Source: Gracilinanus agilis (Eukaryota). Taken from it: a stretch of DNA of 64,000 nucleotides. The stretch covers positions 499,839,078 through 499,903,077 of the forward strand of contig NC_058130.1 of NCBI RefSeq assembly GCF_016433145.1, given 5' to 3'. A model generated the notes under the pieces. It saw only the letters and a list, made by a program, of their open reading frames with translations, was not told where the DNA came from and ran no database searches. A program made the position numbers and the translations under genes. Positions 29,901 to 44,319 of this stretch are shown here, in pieces (position 1 is the stretch's first letter; each line of letters opens with the position of its first letter).

Positions 29901-30844
29901 TGTCTTCATTAACAATGACAAGAATAAAATCTGTATGTCCCAAATCTCTTTCACTGCTTTTATAAGATTATTTGAAAGTATGAACATATACTTTCAAAAA
30001 AGCATATTGCTAAACTTTAATGAAATTAATTCCAGAACTTTGTGAAACACATTTAGTTAAGCATGTCAAAGATTACATTGTTTGTCCCCTAAGTCAGATG
30101 GTATGCATGGTGTGATCTTATAAATATTCAGATTAATTTGTAATGATTTGGAGAATTAAAATTAATAGCTTTTTTTTACCCCTCGTCCCAAAAGACAGTC
30201 ATCACAACCCCTAAAGCCTGAAAAGTTGATAAATTACATACCTCTGATTTCCTTAAATTAGTAGGAAAAACATTTAAGTTTTAGCATAAAATTAAACCAC
30301 AGATTCCCTAGTAAATCTTCCATGTAAGCCTAGTTGTAGAGGAATAGATCCAAGTAAATATATGCAATTCACATTGTACAGGTAAAGGAAGAAGGTGGTA
30401 AAGTCATGTTCAGTTATAAATGATCTCTGAAGGAACCAAGAGGTACGGTAGATTCAGAGTGCCCAAAACATAAACCTTTTGTAGAGGCTCCCCAGATCAG
30501 TTATAATGCTACCACCAAAGTCTAAGGCCTTGTTTCTTCATACCTAAAATACCTGCAACATATTCCTGTCCCAACTTTTTAACCCTCATGTACCTTCAAA
30601 CTATTCTGAATGTTGCTCTTAAATAAGTCTTCCCTAAAAACCACTTTCCTCATGTTAACCTCCTGGTCAAAATACTTTATTTCCAATTGTACTAAATCTG
30701 TATTCCTTAACCTTAGACTTTCACCCAGCCTCATTTTACTTATCTAACATTAATTCTCACTATTACCCACAGGGCTTCCTCCACTTTACTGGTAACTGCC
30801 CAAGGCAAGATTAGAATCTAGATCTCCTAGATTCCAAGTCTATT

Positions 30845-31080
30845 ATTTTGAGCTCTGGGCCTGGAGTGGAGGAGACCTGAATTCAAATCTGAACTCAAAT
30901 ACTTACTAGCTTATATGACCCCAGGCAAGTAATTTAAACTCCATTTGCCTTAATCCACTGTAGAAATAAGCAGCAAACCACTCTGGTATTTCTGCCAGGA
31001 AAATCTCATGGACAGTATTGGTATGCTATGGTACACAGAGTGATGCAAATTCAGACATAATTGAAAAACTTTCTATTATA
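30845..31080 (+). mobile_element. Mar1/RTE-tailed SINE
   Basis: gacctgaattcaaatctg..gcaaaccactctggtatttctgccaggaaaatctcatggac. Confidence 0.75.
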
Positions 31081-32699
31081 CAGTATGGCATCTACTTGCC
31101 TTCCTTATAGTGTGTGTGTTTCTGTATATTATACATAATTTATAGATATACCCATATTCATATCTATATTATATGTATGTACCCACGTATGCTTAACACT
31201 GTGCTCAGCACAAAGTAAACATTAATAAATATCATTTATTGATTGATATATGTGTGTGCATATATACCTATGCAAATGTATAGATGCACATTTTTATATA
31301 AAGGTACAAATATATGTATATATACACGAATTACAGGTGAATTTATGAATATGTGCATACATAAGTTCATCTGCTCAAGTACACTGTAACTTCTTTGAGT
31401 ACTTAGCACAGTGCAGAGATCCTATAATACATTCAATAATTAATTAATTGAATGTCTCTAAAATGTACTAAATTTGTAGTCCAGGTTCATTTCAATAGCA
31501 TTCTCTCACATAAGAAAATGTTCCCATATGTCAAGAGAGATGGAAATCTACTGTCCATTATATGTGTATAATTATCTAATTTAGATATATATTTCACTAA
31601 CCCTAGCCATAAGAGAAAAATAAAGCTCCTTGCTTCATAGATACAGCTAGTTATACATTGAAAGAAAGCAAATGTGGTAGCATTTCCAAAATTTAATTCT
31701 CAAATAATAATTTAACATTTTTAAGGGGTTAGATTTCATCTCCTTTGTTATTCAAATTCTTTGTTGAAAAAGATGCTGAGCAATTCAGGGCATATATACA
31801 CAACTGATACTAAGTAGTTTATAGTTTAACAATGTTATAGTTTATAGTTATAGTTTATCAACTGATTCTCGACAGTCTAAGTAATTTTGATTCTCTTTTA
31901 GTTTAATAGTCATGCCCAGGGCACAAAGAGTCATAGGAGAGTAACAAAAGTCCTGATTTCCTTACATTTCTCAACAGCTAGAAGGTTCAATAATACCATT
32001 CACTTTTGCTTTGGCAATTAGAGGGAGCTGTAGATCTCAGCAGGTCAAAATATTTAATTTTACAGAATATATCATATAAAATCTTAAATTTAAATAGTTT
32101 TACAATGAGTATAAACCATCAAAGGTCATTACTGACTTTTCATAAAGGCAAAGAAAATAAAGGGCAGCCTTGAATAAGTCACTAATTGCTTCACAGCTTT
32201 ATACTTTGCAAATTCTCTATTCTGAATTCAGCACACTTTTGCATAATGAGATGGGATTTTCCAAAACTGAAGTAACCATAAATCTCAGCAGACAGACTGG
32301 TATCCTTTCAATAACTTTGCATTTTAATAAGATGGAAAACTGCCAACTATTGTATACATGGGCTGGGAAATGTTAGAAAATGCCAGAATGCATTATTCAC
32401 TGCATCAAGAAACTGATGACTAAATATTCTGTTCCCTCTCATTCTGGTGATCAACAATGTGCAAGTGTGTCTCCATACATTCAAGAGAATTCTTTTAAAT
32501 AACAATATTGCAAATTAATTCTATTTAAGGCTAAATAACAGTTATATTTGAATTAAACCTAAAAGAACAAAGAACTCTTGATTTGAAAATAAGACTTGTT
32601 GAAATCATGCTAACATGGATGTCACATTTTTTTCTCCTTACTACAAAAAAATTAGAGTTCATATCTTTGTACCTTTAAAAATGAAATTCCCCAATATTT

Positions 32700-32830
32700 C
32701 TAGGATCCATGATTTCACTAATGTGGATATTCTCTCCATAGGCATTTCGCATCTTAGTAGACAATCTCTATGAATTGCTGTAGCAAGTTTAACTTTTGAT
32801 GAACAACTGTCTTTTAATGCTAGCCTCCAA
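32700..32830 (+). mobile_element. Probable RTE LINE 5' UTR fragment (non-BovB marsupial RTE)
   Basis: gatccatgatttcactaatgtgg..cttagtagacaatctctatgaattgc resembles the remembered marsupial RTE 5' end. Confidence 0.45.
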
Positions 32831-33309
32831 AATCATCTATGCTAGCTCTTTAAAAATATGCACACCATTCATAACCAGACCCATATTAGAAGCCTTTACT
32901 GCTTGGGAAATTTAAAATCTTTTGGAATACCCTTTGAGATCCCAATGCCACTTTTTATGCCAAGCTGAAGCACTGAAATTGAACTTCATTAAAAATACAT
33001 ACATAAAAGCTCTCCCTTCATATGACAGGTTTAGAACAAAAACATCATTTTTTCTTTGATGAAAAATTGAATATAAAAGTTTTTGAATGCATACAATTCC
33101 CTAAAAGTTAATAACCATCCCCAAAGAAAAAGCAAGATATTTCATCCACTACTAAAGTTTACTTCATAAAAATAAATGTTTCATCACATTGAATTTAATC
33201 AATAAGCATTTTACAAGTACCCATTATATATCCAACATCATCAAATTTGACCTCCCTTCAACCACAAGCTAGGATTACTTCTTAAGGGGGTGTATTTATA
33301 TCTATCAGC

Positions 33310-33430
33310 ACAATATAATTCCACAAACTGGAACAGCTGGAGGACATCATGATCCATAGGAAATCCTTCTTCCACCTGAACCCTTTCCTGGATCTCCTGC
33401 ATCACAATGGCATAATAAGCCTTCAATGAG
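33310..33430 (-). mobile_element. CR1/L3 3' terminus
   Basis: Minus ggatcatgatgtcctccagctgttccagtttgtgg resembles CR1 ggactagatgacctcc..ttccagctct. Confidence 0.55.
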
Positions 33431-33449
33431 CATATTTTCTCTGTTTTAT

Positions 33450-33696
33450 GTAGCTAGGTGAAGTAATGGATAGAAGCCCAGCCCTGCAGTCAGGAAAACT
33501 CCTCTTCCTTGGTCCAAATCTTGCCTCAGATACTTACTAATTCTGGGAACTTGGGCAAGTCCCTTAATTTTGTTTGCCTCAGTTTCTTCATCTACAAAAT
33601 GAGTTGAGAAGGAAATGGCAAAATAGTATCTTTTACAGGAAAACCCCAAATGGGGATCAAAGTGTTTGAATGCAATGGAAGTGACTGAACAACAAC
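33450..33696 (+). mobile_element. Mar1 SINE
   Basis: tttgcctcagtttcttcatctacaaaatgag..gagaaggaaatggcaaa..gactgaacaacaac. Confidence 0.85.
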
Positions 33697-34807
33697 AGAT
33701 GTTTTGTCTGATGTTAATGATCAGAAGTCACTGCACAGAAAAAAGAAATTATTTTTTGGCTATATATATTTGTCAGCCTTTGCTTAAACTGATTTTTTTT
33801 CTGAATCAAATTCAAAGTTTAAATGAAGGAGAAATGTGAGATGCGGGAGTTGGGAATCCCATGGACATTAATCTGGAGTGACTATTAGCACCAAAGGTCC
33901 AGTCAGGAAACTGATTTAAAATCCTGGATTATCAAGCAACAATTGTGCAGTTTAAAAAAAGAGATCAGAATATTGAGTCAAGAAAAATGAGAGGGAAAAG
34001 AATAGCAGGGAAAATACTTGGGCCTAGGGATTTTATTAGAAAGGAAGCAAGAATCAAGGGAAAATTGAGTTCTGGCTAGTGTTATGAAGCTCTCCACCTC
34101 TCCCTACTTTCTTCCCTTTTCCTTTCTTTTGTGGATTACTTCCAAGAGCTTTTAAGTTCAGTACTAAATCTTCTTTGAGAGTTTTTATTCACTGTGAAAA
34201 CCATTTTAATTCCATGTTTTTACATGATGCATTCTGTGAAATGAATATAATGGAATGGCCCCTGCCTTAGGTTTTAGTCTTGGCTTTGTCACTAACTAGA
34301 GGTATGGTGATGAACCAGTCACTTAAACTTTCTGCGCCTCAGTTTTCTCATCTGCAAAATGAGATGTACTGTGGCAATAGACTAAATGGTCAGTGAGGCT
34401 CTGCCCAGTTATTCTAATTCCATTCCTTGGCTTCCTTCTGCCAATGAAGAGGAGTGAAGCATTGAAAAAATCCTACAATCAGAGCTGTAAATGTACAGTA
34501 ATGAAGGCAAATTTCCTAAACATCTATTTTTCCTAAAAGACCTCCTGGACTGTGAGTGAGTTTATCATCCACAAAAACACAACCTGAAATCTTACTGGGA
34601 AAACCCAGTTTTCACTCTAAAGAAATAAATGAACACCTATCTTCTGGCTTGCCACTAACAATGCTATAATATGAATCTTAGCACAATATTACCATAGGCT
34701 AAGTTTTATTTTATCAAGAAAATTGAGAATGTCCTCCCAAACTCCCTTTTCTTCCAAATTCTATTCTTCAATATCCCTTCAATATTAACCACATTCCCTC
34801 CCCTACT

Positions 34808-35058
34808 GAGGCAGCTGGTGGCACAATGGATAGAGCACTCAGGATGGAATCAGGGAAAGCCTTAGTTCAAATTAGGCCTCATATTTTTACTCTGTGTAAG
34901 ACACTTAACTTCTATCTACCTCAATTTCCTCACCTATAAAATGAGGAGAATAATAGCCCCCAGATCTTAGGATTATTATTAGGATCAGAAATAATATTTG
35001 TAAAAAGCATTTAGTACTTGGTACATTGCAAGTATTTTATAAATACTTATTCCCTTCT
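34808..35058 (+). mobile_element. Marsupial MIR-type CORE-SINE, near full length
   Basis: gaggcagctggtggcacaatggatagagcac head; CORE; L2-like tail ending ttattcccttc. Confidence 0.8.
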
Positions 35059-35059
35059 C

Positions 35060-36480
35060 ATCTCCTTCTTCTTTCTTTTGACTGCAAAGAAAGAGGTGGT
35101 CCTTCTTAAAAAAGCCAAACCTTCCTGTATACCAATGATACTATTGCATCCCACATTCTCTGAAGGCTAGGCCCTTCAATCCTTTCATCTATATATTTTC
35201 TTATAATCTTCAAGTTTTAGGCACTGGTTTCATTCCCATTGACTAAGAACACATCCAGATCCCTACCTATCCCCAAGAAACTTTCATATGATCCTGACAT
35301 AAATTTAAATGACTGTCACCTTCCTATATCATTCTTCTTTTGCTGCCAAACTCTTAGGAAAAACTTCTACACATAATGCCTCCATTTTCTTACATCCTAT
35401 CCTCCTTTCTTTTTTTTTCCTTTAAAACCTTTACTTTCTGCCTTGCTATGCTAAGTATTGGTTCCAAGGCAAAAGAGCAGTAAGGGCTAGGTAACTGGAG
35501 TTAAGTATCTTGACCAGGGTCACATAGCTAAGAAGCATCTGAGTTTAGATTTGACCTTAGGACCTTCCATCTCCAGGACTGATGCTCTATCCACTGAGCC
35601 TCCTACCTGCCCCATCCCGTTCTCTTTCAAGCAACTTTTTGTAATATAACTTTCCAACCAACATTCAGAATAAATTGTTTTTTTACATTACAAATGATCA
35701 CTTAAATGCTAAATCCAAAGATCTCTTCTCAGTCCTCATCATTCCTAACCTGTGTTTGAAAAACCACTCCTTTATAGTTACATATTGTCTTCTTCATGGG
35801 TTCTCACTATTTACTACACTTTCCTAAAAGTGATGCTAACTATGGCTATGTGACTATGTGTCTGACTGGACCTTTGTAGTCTCTTGTGTTCATCTTTATC
35901 CATGTCCCAGCTTGTTATAAGAGCGCATACATAAAGGCTCTGTCTCTTCTCTTCCTATATATTCTCTTGATAATCTTATCAGTTGCCATGGATTCAAGTA
36001 TCATGTCTAAGCAAATGGCTTCCAAAACAATAAGCACTTATTAAACAACTACTATGTGCCAAGCACTATAAACAAGGACAAATATGAAATAGATCCCCTT
36101 CATAAGGAGTTTGTAATCTAGCCAGAAGAAACATGTACTCATATAAGTGTATATCAAATCAGTATAAAGTGAACACAAGGTTGGAAAAGGGAGTAGGAAC
36201 ACCTGAAGCTGAGCATGACCAGGAATGGTTTCAAATAGAAGGTGCCATTTGAATTGATCTTTGAAAAAAAGTAAAGATTCTAATAAATATCAAAAATGAG
36301 GGTGTGAATTCTAAGCACAGAGGACAGCTGATTCCATCAGAGGCATGGAGATGGAAGATGGAGTATCATAGATGAGGAATGGTCAGTTTAGTGAAACCAT
36401 AGTGTGCATGAGAGATTAGTGTATAGTACACCTGGAAAATATGGACCACATTGCAAAGGACTTTAAAGGAAAAATAATTA
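35060..36480. mobile_element. L2 (+, about 35060-36020) abutting L2 (-, about 36025-36480)
   Basis: Pyrimidine-rich L2 body (tgctaaatccaaagatctcttctcagtcctcatc), then aagcacttattaaacaactactatgtgccaagcact. Confidence 0.7.
35410..35612 (-). mobile_element. Opossum SINE1 inserted in L2
   Basis: Reverse complement of the SINE1 at 29507 and 55938: ctctatccactgagcctcctacctgcccc head, T-rich tail. Confidence 0.9.
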
Positions 36481-36961
36481 GTATTATGATATTCTGAAGA
36501 AGAATCTTCTCTATAGAACCCAAAAGATACTTGAAGAACTCAACTGAGAAAGAACCTACTACCACTCAACATAGCACATTCCACCTATGGATATCTCTAA
36601 TTTTTATGAATTTTTCCCCTTAAGACCAACTTAAATTTGCCTCTTTTGTACTTTCATTTGTTTTCCTTAACTTAGGTTAACCCCTATCTTAAACACAGCC
36701 CAAATTTTGTCATGTTATATTTAAACTTATAATAGAAATAAGTGTCCTCAAAAATAAAAATTATACCTATATTTACAAAACAGTTCATAAGCCAAACTAC
36801 TATTCAATCCTAATTTATTATGTAGGTAATAACTACCACTACTTTAGACCCAAAGTTAGAGGTTTCTAGCCTCCAATACATTAAATAAATGATTATTCTA
36901 ATTTTTAAATGTATTCATGCATAAGTTTCCTACCAAAAATCCTTTACCAGTCTAATTATTA

Positions 36962-37087
<126 letters not shown>

Positions 37088-37189
37088 TCAATGAAACACT
37101 TTATGAATGCATAAGTGATGAAAAATATTGTAGTTGAAGTTAACTGAAGAACTATAGATGACAGATTTTTAAAAGTCAGAAGATTTTTA

Positions 37190-37560
37190 ATTTTACAGCT
37201 AACACTAGATAGTCATTTAACTTGGGTATTTTCATCTGTAAAATGAGGATAATAATAATACTTTCACTACATGCATCACAAATTCATTGTGAAGAAAATA
37301 TTTTGCAAAGTCTAAAGCAGTGATGGGCAAACTATGGCCTGAGGGCCAGATGCGGCCCCCTGAAATGTTCTATCTGGCCACTCAACTTTATTCCTAATCT
37401 GATGAATACAAATGAGTAGGATACAATATAATGAAACTTTGAAAGAGTTGCCTTAGGAAACAGACTGACAGATGAGCATTTCCTTTCCTTTGGCCTCCTC
37501 TTTAAAAAGTTTGCCCATGACTAGTCTAAAGTATTATGTAAAATTTAGTTATTATTAATA
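37190..37560 (+). mobile_element. MIR split by a hAT MITE
   Basis: ttttcatctgtaaaatgaggataataata..ttttgcaaagtctaaag | tattatgtaaaatttagttattatt. Confidence 0.8.
37318..37523. mobile_element. Non-autonomous hAT/Charlie MITE (206 bp), OposCharlie1(OC1)-like
   Basis: 16-bp TIRs cagtgatgggcaaact / agtttgcccatgacta (14/16); perfect 8-bp TSD gtctaaag at 37310-37317 and 37524-37531. Confidence 0.92.
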
Positions 37561-38249
37561 TTACTTAAATTGACTCACAATCTTATAAGTTTTTAAAATA
37601 ATTTTTATTTAAACTTAAAGAAAAGAAAGACTTTACTAAAGTGTTGAGGGTGACAAGAAGCTATCCACTCAGTAGATATTTTCGCATATTTTTGTTATGA
37701 GGATAAAGTAGAGTAATATGTGTAAAAACACTTTTTAAACCCTATATTGCTATTCAAATGCTAGTTATCATCATCATTATTATATAAGCTTCTAGTTATC
37801 TTTGTGGCCTTCACTGGAAACCAGAACTATTACATGTCATATTTTTTTTAATGTTTAATCACTGCTTTAAACAGCAGTCTATAACTAGAGATACTCTGAA
37901 ATATTTAGAGATAAATGTTATATCCACCTTAATCACATTTCCTGGGAAACTGATTTCTCCTTTAAAACTATACATACATATATATATTTTTCTTCTTTAC
38001 ATCAAAATAAATTCTGGAAGGAGAAAAACTCTCCATTATCAATCATTCTTTAATAACAAAAAAAAGGCCAACAAAAACATCTGATATAATAATGATTATT
38101 GGCAATGTATAGAAAATTCTGCATTGGTAGTCTTCCACCTTTCTGCTTCAATAAGACATTCTGCATTTATTGTCAAGTGCCTGGCTTTTGTTTAGTGATA
38201 TTTTCATTTATTTTGGAAATTACATAATAATTTCTGAGTATTTCAAATT

Positions 38250-41200
38250 ATATGAAAATCTTTGCATATATTATCCTTTAAGTTTCTGTTTTATTTAACT
38301 CTGTATTAGTAATTTCTCTGAATTGTTCATATTTATCATTTCATACAAGTGTTCCTTTATATATTTCCTTTTCAAATATTCTCTTATTAATGAGTACTAT
38401 CTTTGTGTCAAGTTCTTTGCTAAGACACACACATACACACAAACAAAAAAATGATGCTAGAGTTATTTAGCTATATGTTAGACAATTTTTCAGGATTTTA
38501 TTTCCTTCAAGTATATTCTTAGAAGCAGAATCACTAGGTCAGATAATATTGACAATTCAATCATTTTTCTTGTATATTCCAATTGATACGTGAAATGGTT
38601 GGACCAATTAAAAGTTCCAATAATATATTAATGCATCTTTTATTTCCCACCACTTTTCCAATACTGACCATTTCCACTATTGTTATCTTTTTAAATTTTT
38701 AAGGTATGTATATAGTGAAACCTCACAAATGTTTTATGGTTCATTTGTATTGTTATTGTTTTCTTTCACCTCTTTTTTGGATAATAATTCTCCACCTAAG
38801 CATAATTACAAAAGGTATCTCTCTAATTTTTTTAAGAAAACATGAGATACTCAGATTTTAATTACATTTTCAGATCAATATGATCTATAATGGTATGTAA
38901 ATATTGGTCAAAACTTCTTTTCTTATAAAGTGATTTCCTATTTTCCCACCAGTTGTCAAAAAGGGATTCCTTTACTAATTATTATACTTGGGTTTATCAA
39001 ACACTGAGGTGTTATGTTTGTTTTCTATCTTGCTTATCTAGTCTATTCTATTGAACTACTTTTCTGGTTTATTACTTTTTTACAAGTACCAAATGATTGT
39101 GATGACTATTATATTGTAATATAGTTTTAATTCCAGTAATATCATATACTTTCATCACTCATATATTGTTCAAATGACATATATATCCAGATGTTATTTA
39201 TAAACTGTCCAGTTACTTCCCTTGAGAGTATAGATTTATTTTTCCTCAGTATGATCTTTTTGTTGCTCCCCACATCACAGAAGGTATTGTCCAAGGGACA
39301 GACATATTCATAGAAGTTAACACTATCTTGTTTTCACCTTTCAGTTCACTGACTGGAGGTAGCATTCACAAGTTATTCTTCCAGTATTAATTCAGTAGCT
39401 GCGTATAATGTTCTTTTTATTCCACTCATTCAAAGTTCATTGACCTGTGTAGTTCTTTCCAAGTATTTTTTAATTAGACAGCTCACCAATTCTTATGGCA
39501 CAGTAATATTCCACCACAATCACATATCATAATTTGTTTAGCCATTCTCCAATTAATAGCCATCTTCTCAATTTCCAATACCTTGCCACCACAAAGAGAG
39601 CTGCCATAAATATTTTGGAGCATATGGGTTCTTTTCCTTTTTTCCATAATCTCCTTTGGAAACAGACACAGAAATGGTATTCTAGTTCTAAGGGTATATA
39701 TACAGTTTTATAACTCTCTGCTTGTAATTCCAAACTGTTCTACAAAAGGTTTGGATCAGTTCACAGTTCCAACAGTGTATTAGTGTCCCCATTTTTCCAC
39801 ATACCTTGCAACATTTATCATTTTTGCCCTTTTGTCCTTTTAGCTAGTCCAATGTCTATGAGATGATATCTCAAGATTGTTTTGGTTTGCATTTCTCTAA
39901 TCAGTAGTGATTAAGAGCATTTTTTCATTTTACTATAGATGTCTTTGATTTCTTCATCTGAAATTTGCTGTTCATATTTTTCCCCATTTATCAGTTTGGG
40001 GATTGCTCTTATACATTTGATAAAGTTCTGTATATATTTTAAGTATGAGACCTCTATATGAGAGGCTGTCTATGCATTTTTCCCAAGTTTTCTACTTTCT
40101 TTCTATTTTTTGCAATGTTTGGGTTTTTTGTGCAAAAACTTTTCAATTTAATGTAGTTAAAATTTCATAATGCTCTTCTTCTCTTGTTGACTCTTAAATT
40201 CCTCTCTTATCCATAAATATTATAGGTCGTGTGTTCTCTGTTCTTCTAATTTGCTTATGATATATCCTTTTAGGTCTAGATCGTGTATCTATTTTGATGC
40301 TATTTTAGTGAATGGTGTAAGATAATGGTCTATACCTAGTTTTAACCAAATTATTTTCCAATTGTCCCAGCAATTTTTACCAAAAAAGTGATTTCTTATC
40401 CCCCCAAAACCTGGATCTATTCTTTTGTCAAAAAAGGTTACTATAATCTTTTACTACTTGTTTTATGTTTGTTCTTTTCCACTGGTCTACCTATTTCTTA
40501 TCCAGTACCATTACTGCTTTATAGGAAATCTAAAATCTGGTTAATTACTTATAAAACATCCCATAGAACTTAACTTGTAAATACTTCTGGTTGTGGTCAT
40601 TGGCTTTTCCTCCAACCTTTAGAAATACAATTAAGATTCCTTGGGTTTATTTTTCTGAGATCTTTTAAATGTTTTTCATTCATTTGGGTATTTTTAAAAA
40701 TCTATTAACATTCAAGTTTTGTTTTGGTGAAATATTAATGACTAGAAGTTTCTGATGTTTATTTTTTACTTCCTTTCTGTTGTGAATTCACTTTGTTCAT
40801 TTTTAAAATTTTGATGTAATTTTCTTCTCTCTATTGATCACGTTGGATAATGGCTTTTCTATTTTGTTATTCTCTTCCCCCCAAAAAAAAGAATCCTTTT
40901 TCTTTATCAGTTCTATATTTTTATTGTCTAGTTTACTTACAATTTACAAGACTTATTTTTCTGTGAAGGCTCTTAATTTGTTTATTTTCAGTTGACTTTA
41001 CCTGCATGCTCAGTTTGTTCTTTTTTTTTTTAAATTTAGTTAATGTTAAGTAAGTTAAGTAAAATTTTTTTCAAAGAAAATCAAAACACAAAATATTTTC
41101 TCTAGTTTTCACTGTTTTCAAAAAGTGTTTAAATTTCTTTCATCTAGTCATTTTGCAACTTGTATCCCTAATTACCTCTGACTTTTTTCAAATAACAAAT

Positions 41201-42150
41201 TCTCCTTTTGTTGAGAATTCACTTGCTTAATTAAATGTTTAGGGTGAGCTTTGAAAGACATATATTGTGGCTGCCAATTGTTATACTGCATTTATTGGAA
41301 ATTTGTATTCCTATTTTTTCTTAAACATATTATAACGCAATCCTTTATTATTCCTTTTTTTGTTTTGGAATGTGAAAACATTTTGTTTCTTTAACTTGCT
41401 TCCTGAAAATATTGTTATTTGATGCTATGATTCCCAAGAGATATTTTTTTAATAAGTTAAAGCCAGGATTTTATTCCATTGGTGACTCAAGGATTAACTT
41501 AAAATATATGCTGTCACTTGTTTATTCATTTTCAAGGAAATTTCCTAAGTGTTTTCCTAAAATATAATATTCCAATTTTTCTTTTCATAGTATCTATGGA
41601 AAACTTGTAATCCTTAGGTTATATCTTCATATTCTTTATTTATATTAAATACTCTTATTTTGCAGAGCACTAGTGTAATCTTTTGTTCTTGTTTTTTAGA
41701 TTTTGTTCAATTAATTTTTTTTATTTTGCATTGTTATAATTATGTCATTCTATTTTCCCAGAGTATCTACTTTGTTAGCAAACACTTAAATTTTCATTCT
41801 TGATTTCTTGAAACTGATCCAGTAAAGTTCCATGGTTACTTCATGGAATCTTACAAAATTAATTCTAAAACTTTTGTATTCCACAGAGGATGCAATGACT
41901 CTTTACTTGGTTACCAAGGGCTTGTTCATTGAGATGGCTCTTTTCATTGATTATGAATAACTTTTTCTTCCTTAAATACCTTTTATCTGTCTATATCAGT
42001 CACTCTGTTGATTTGTCAAAGGTGTCCTTGCAACAAGCTTTCTTCATACTCCAATCCTTTTCTTTCTCTAGGCCTAGTATTTTTTCCCTACCTGTTCCTA
42101 GTCTGTAGCTGCCTGTTTACTACTCTTTTTCACAACGGATGTTGCAGAAG
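38250..42150 (-). mobile_element. Stack of L1 fragments, sense to PREX2: old ORF2/3' piece (about 38250-39150), better-preserved 3' piece (about 39150-40530), ORF1/5' piece (about 40560-42150)
   Basis: Minus ORF KEPICSKIFMAALFVVARYWKLRRWLLIGEWLNKL; T-rich ORF1-like reverse sequence near 41200-41650. Confidence 0.8.
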
Positions 42151-42724
42151 TTGATAGTTCTCAAGGGGTAATGAACTATTTGAACTGCTGGACACAAGGA
42201 GGATAATTGAGATCATTTAAGTTAGATTCACCAAATTAAATAGGAACATTTTTCTGGACTTGACCCTCTTGTGATCAACTTTTTAAAATCCCTACCCTAA
42301 ACTTAGGGAGTTGGGTCTTAATAGATATGTTAGAAGGTTTCCTTAGATACCTTCTTTGTTTCCAGAATAATGTTGAAAACAAATTCAAAGGCAAAAGAGT
42401 TTTGAACTAGGTTTCTTTCCTCTTGTGCTTCCTAGTCCATAATCTTCCTTTTATTTTTCCAGGCACCAATTTCAATAAAGAAAATATAATTTTGTGAGTC
42501 TTTGCGAAAAAAGGCACGTCCTTTGGCTATGTTTTATTTTTAATTACTACGTAAATATGTCTTTGTGTACATATGTAGCAGAATATACATATATGTTTAT
42601 ATGTATATGATATGTACATATAGAAAATAGCTACATTTATATGAACAAAAGAGAAAATCTCATTTAATTAGTTTCATTATAAAGAATTTAATTCTCTAAA
42701 TTTTCCAGTTTATCTCCTGAAAAT

Positions 42725-42900
42725 ACTGACCAGTAGTGTGATGGTAATTATCTTACAAGTGGCTCTCAAAAATATACAAATAAAATATTTTAAAATGTAA
42801 TCTAAATGATTAATATTTCCTCCTTCACTATATTAAGTCTAGATAATGCATAACAAAAGCAAAATAGATTGAGCCCATGATCAAGCTAATTTCCAAGAAG
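42725..42900. mobile_element. MER53-like hAT MITE fragment
   Basis: cagtagtgtgatggtaa..caagtggctctc..taagtctagataat resembles the remembered consensus; the other terminus is not recognisable. Confidence 0.5.
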
Positions 42901-44089
42901 TCCTGGACCTGGCACTCAGCTGTTTGACCTATTCTTCTCAATGTTTACCCTATCTCTTAAATATATGTTATGTTATTAAATTTCTAATGACAAAGTAGTA
43001 TAATCAGTTTAATATTCCATAAAGCTGAAACTTTGGAAGAAAAATCTGGGTAACAATACATTATAAAGTCTCTTAACATTTTAAGTTAGGAAGTAATGGA
43101 AAGTTGTTGATCTTGTTAACTTCCAAAAGAAGATTAAGTGTTTTAACAAGGGAGCAGATGGTGTCATTTAAACAGCTCCTCTTCTCCTGGCAGGGAATGG
43201 ACACAATGATCTATTTGGCTATTTCCATTTATAATAGCTATGAATTTGTTCTTTATGTCACATGTCCTTACTAATGTTTCATTACTTAAGAACATTTTCA
43301 ACACAGCAGGATTTTAATTTCTTAAGTCTTCTACTGATCCTGTTAGTTATTCAACAATTAAAGCCATAAGGCTGTGAATGATCCCCACATTTGAATAACT
43401 ATCTTTACTGTCACAGAAGGTTTAAACTTTAGGAGGGAAATAAATAACAGGAGGAGATCCATACTCAAGAAGGAAGGCCTTCTTTTCAAATTAAGGTCCT
43501 GAAGTAAACCAAAGATTTTGGAAAGAATCATATTAAACTTTTAAAAATAAAATACACAGGAGAGAGTAACAGCTGTTTCTATATATGCATAACCTGATGA
43601 TGCTTATCTAACCATTAATTATCATTAAATAATTTGGAAATTCACATTTAGAAATTATAATTCTGTTCATTTATTCCTGAGTAGCACAAAAGTAACAAAA
43701 CTAATAAAGTTAATAAGCTAGATCCTCCCTATAATTTAATTATTCTCATATTTTAATATAGGTTCCTTTAGAATCTTCATTAACTCTTCCAGACTCCTGG
43801 ACTACTAATAACTAAATTGCTGATTTATTGTCAGAAGGAGCATTTTAATTATTTAAAAAGAGTTAACAATTTTGAATAGTGCCTAACCTACCCAAGAAGG
43901 CATTTTGAGAATTGGCTTCTTGGACCTTAAGCAAGAAAAGTAGTAATGCCTTATCCCTGGCCCAAAAGAAAGAGAAGCTTTTCTTGATAACTGCCAGATC
44001 ATCACAGCTTCTAACAAAGGAATGTTACTGATCCATTTCCATAATCAAATCCATATACAATCCTTATGGGTAAGGAAACATTAATGGCA

Positions 44090-44310
44090 AGTGTCATCTG
44101 TTCCTTTCCTCTCCAGATTATAATACGTACTCATCTTTAAAGGAGCAGAGCTAGGAATCTTCTTCTCTGCAATAGCTTTCCAGCTCCTTTTTCCATATTA
44201 TCTTCTCTGATTAGAATGTCATTCTCTCAAGGACAGGGACCCTTTCTTTTTTTACTTGTATTCCGAAAGCTTAGCACAGTGTCTGACATAAAGTAAGAGT
44301 TTCTAAATTT
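44090..44310 (+). mobile_element. L2 3' end
   Basis: gattagaatgtcattctctcaaggacagggac..ttagcacagtgtctgacataaagtaag. Confidence 0.8.
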
Positions 44311-44319
44311 TCTTTCCTT

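Noticed and set aside
33241-33426. Minus ORF (IQERVQVEEGFP..LWLKGGQI) superficially like NEDD8/ubiquitin (IKERVEEKEGIP..LRGG), suggesting a retro-pseudogene
   Set aside because: Core ubiquitin-fold residues are absent, it needs a TTG start, and the DNA is better explained as a CR1/L3 3' end next to a Mar1 SINE.
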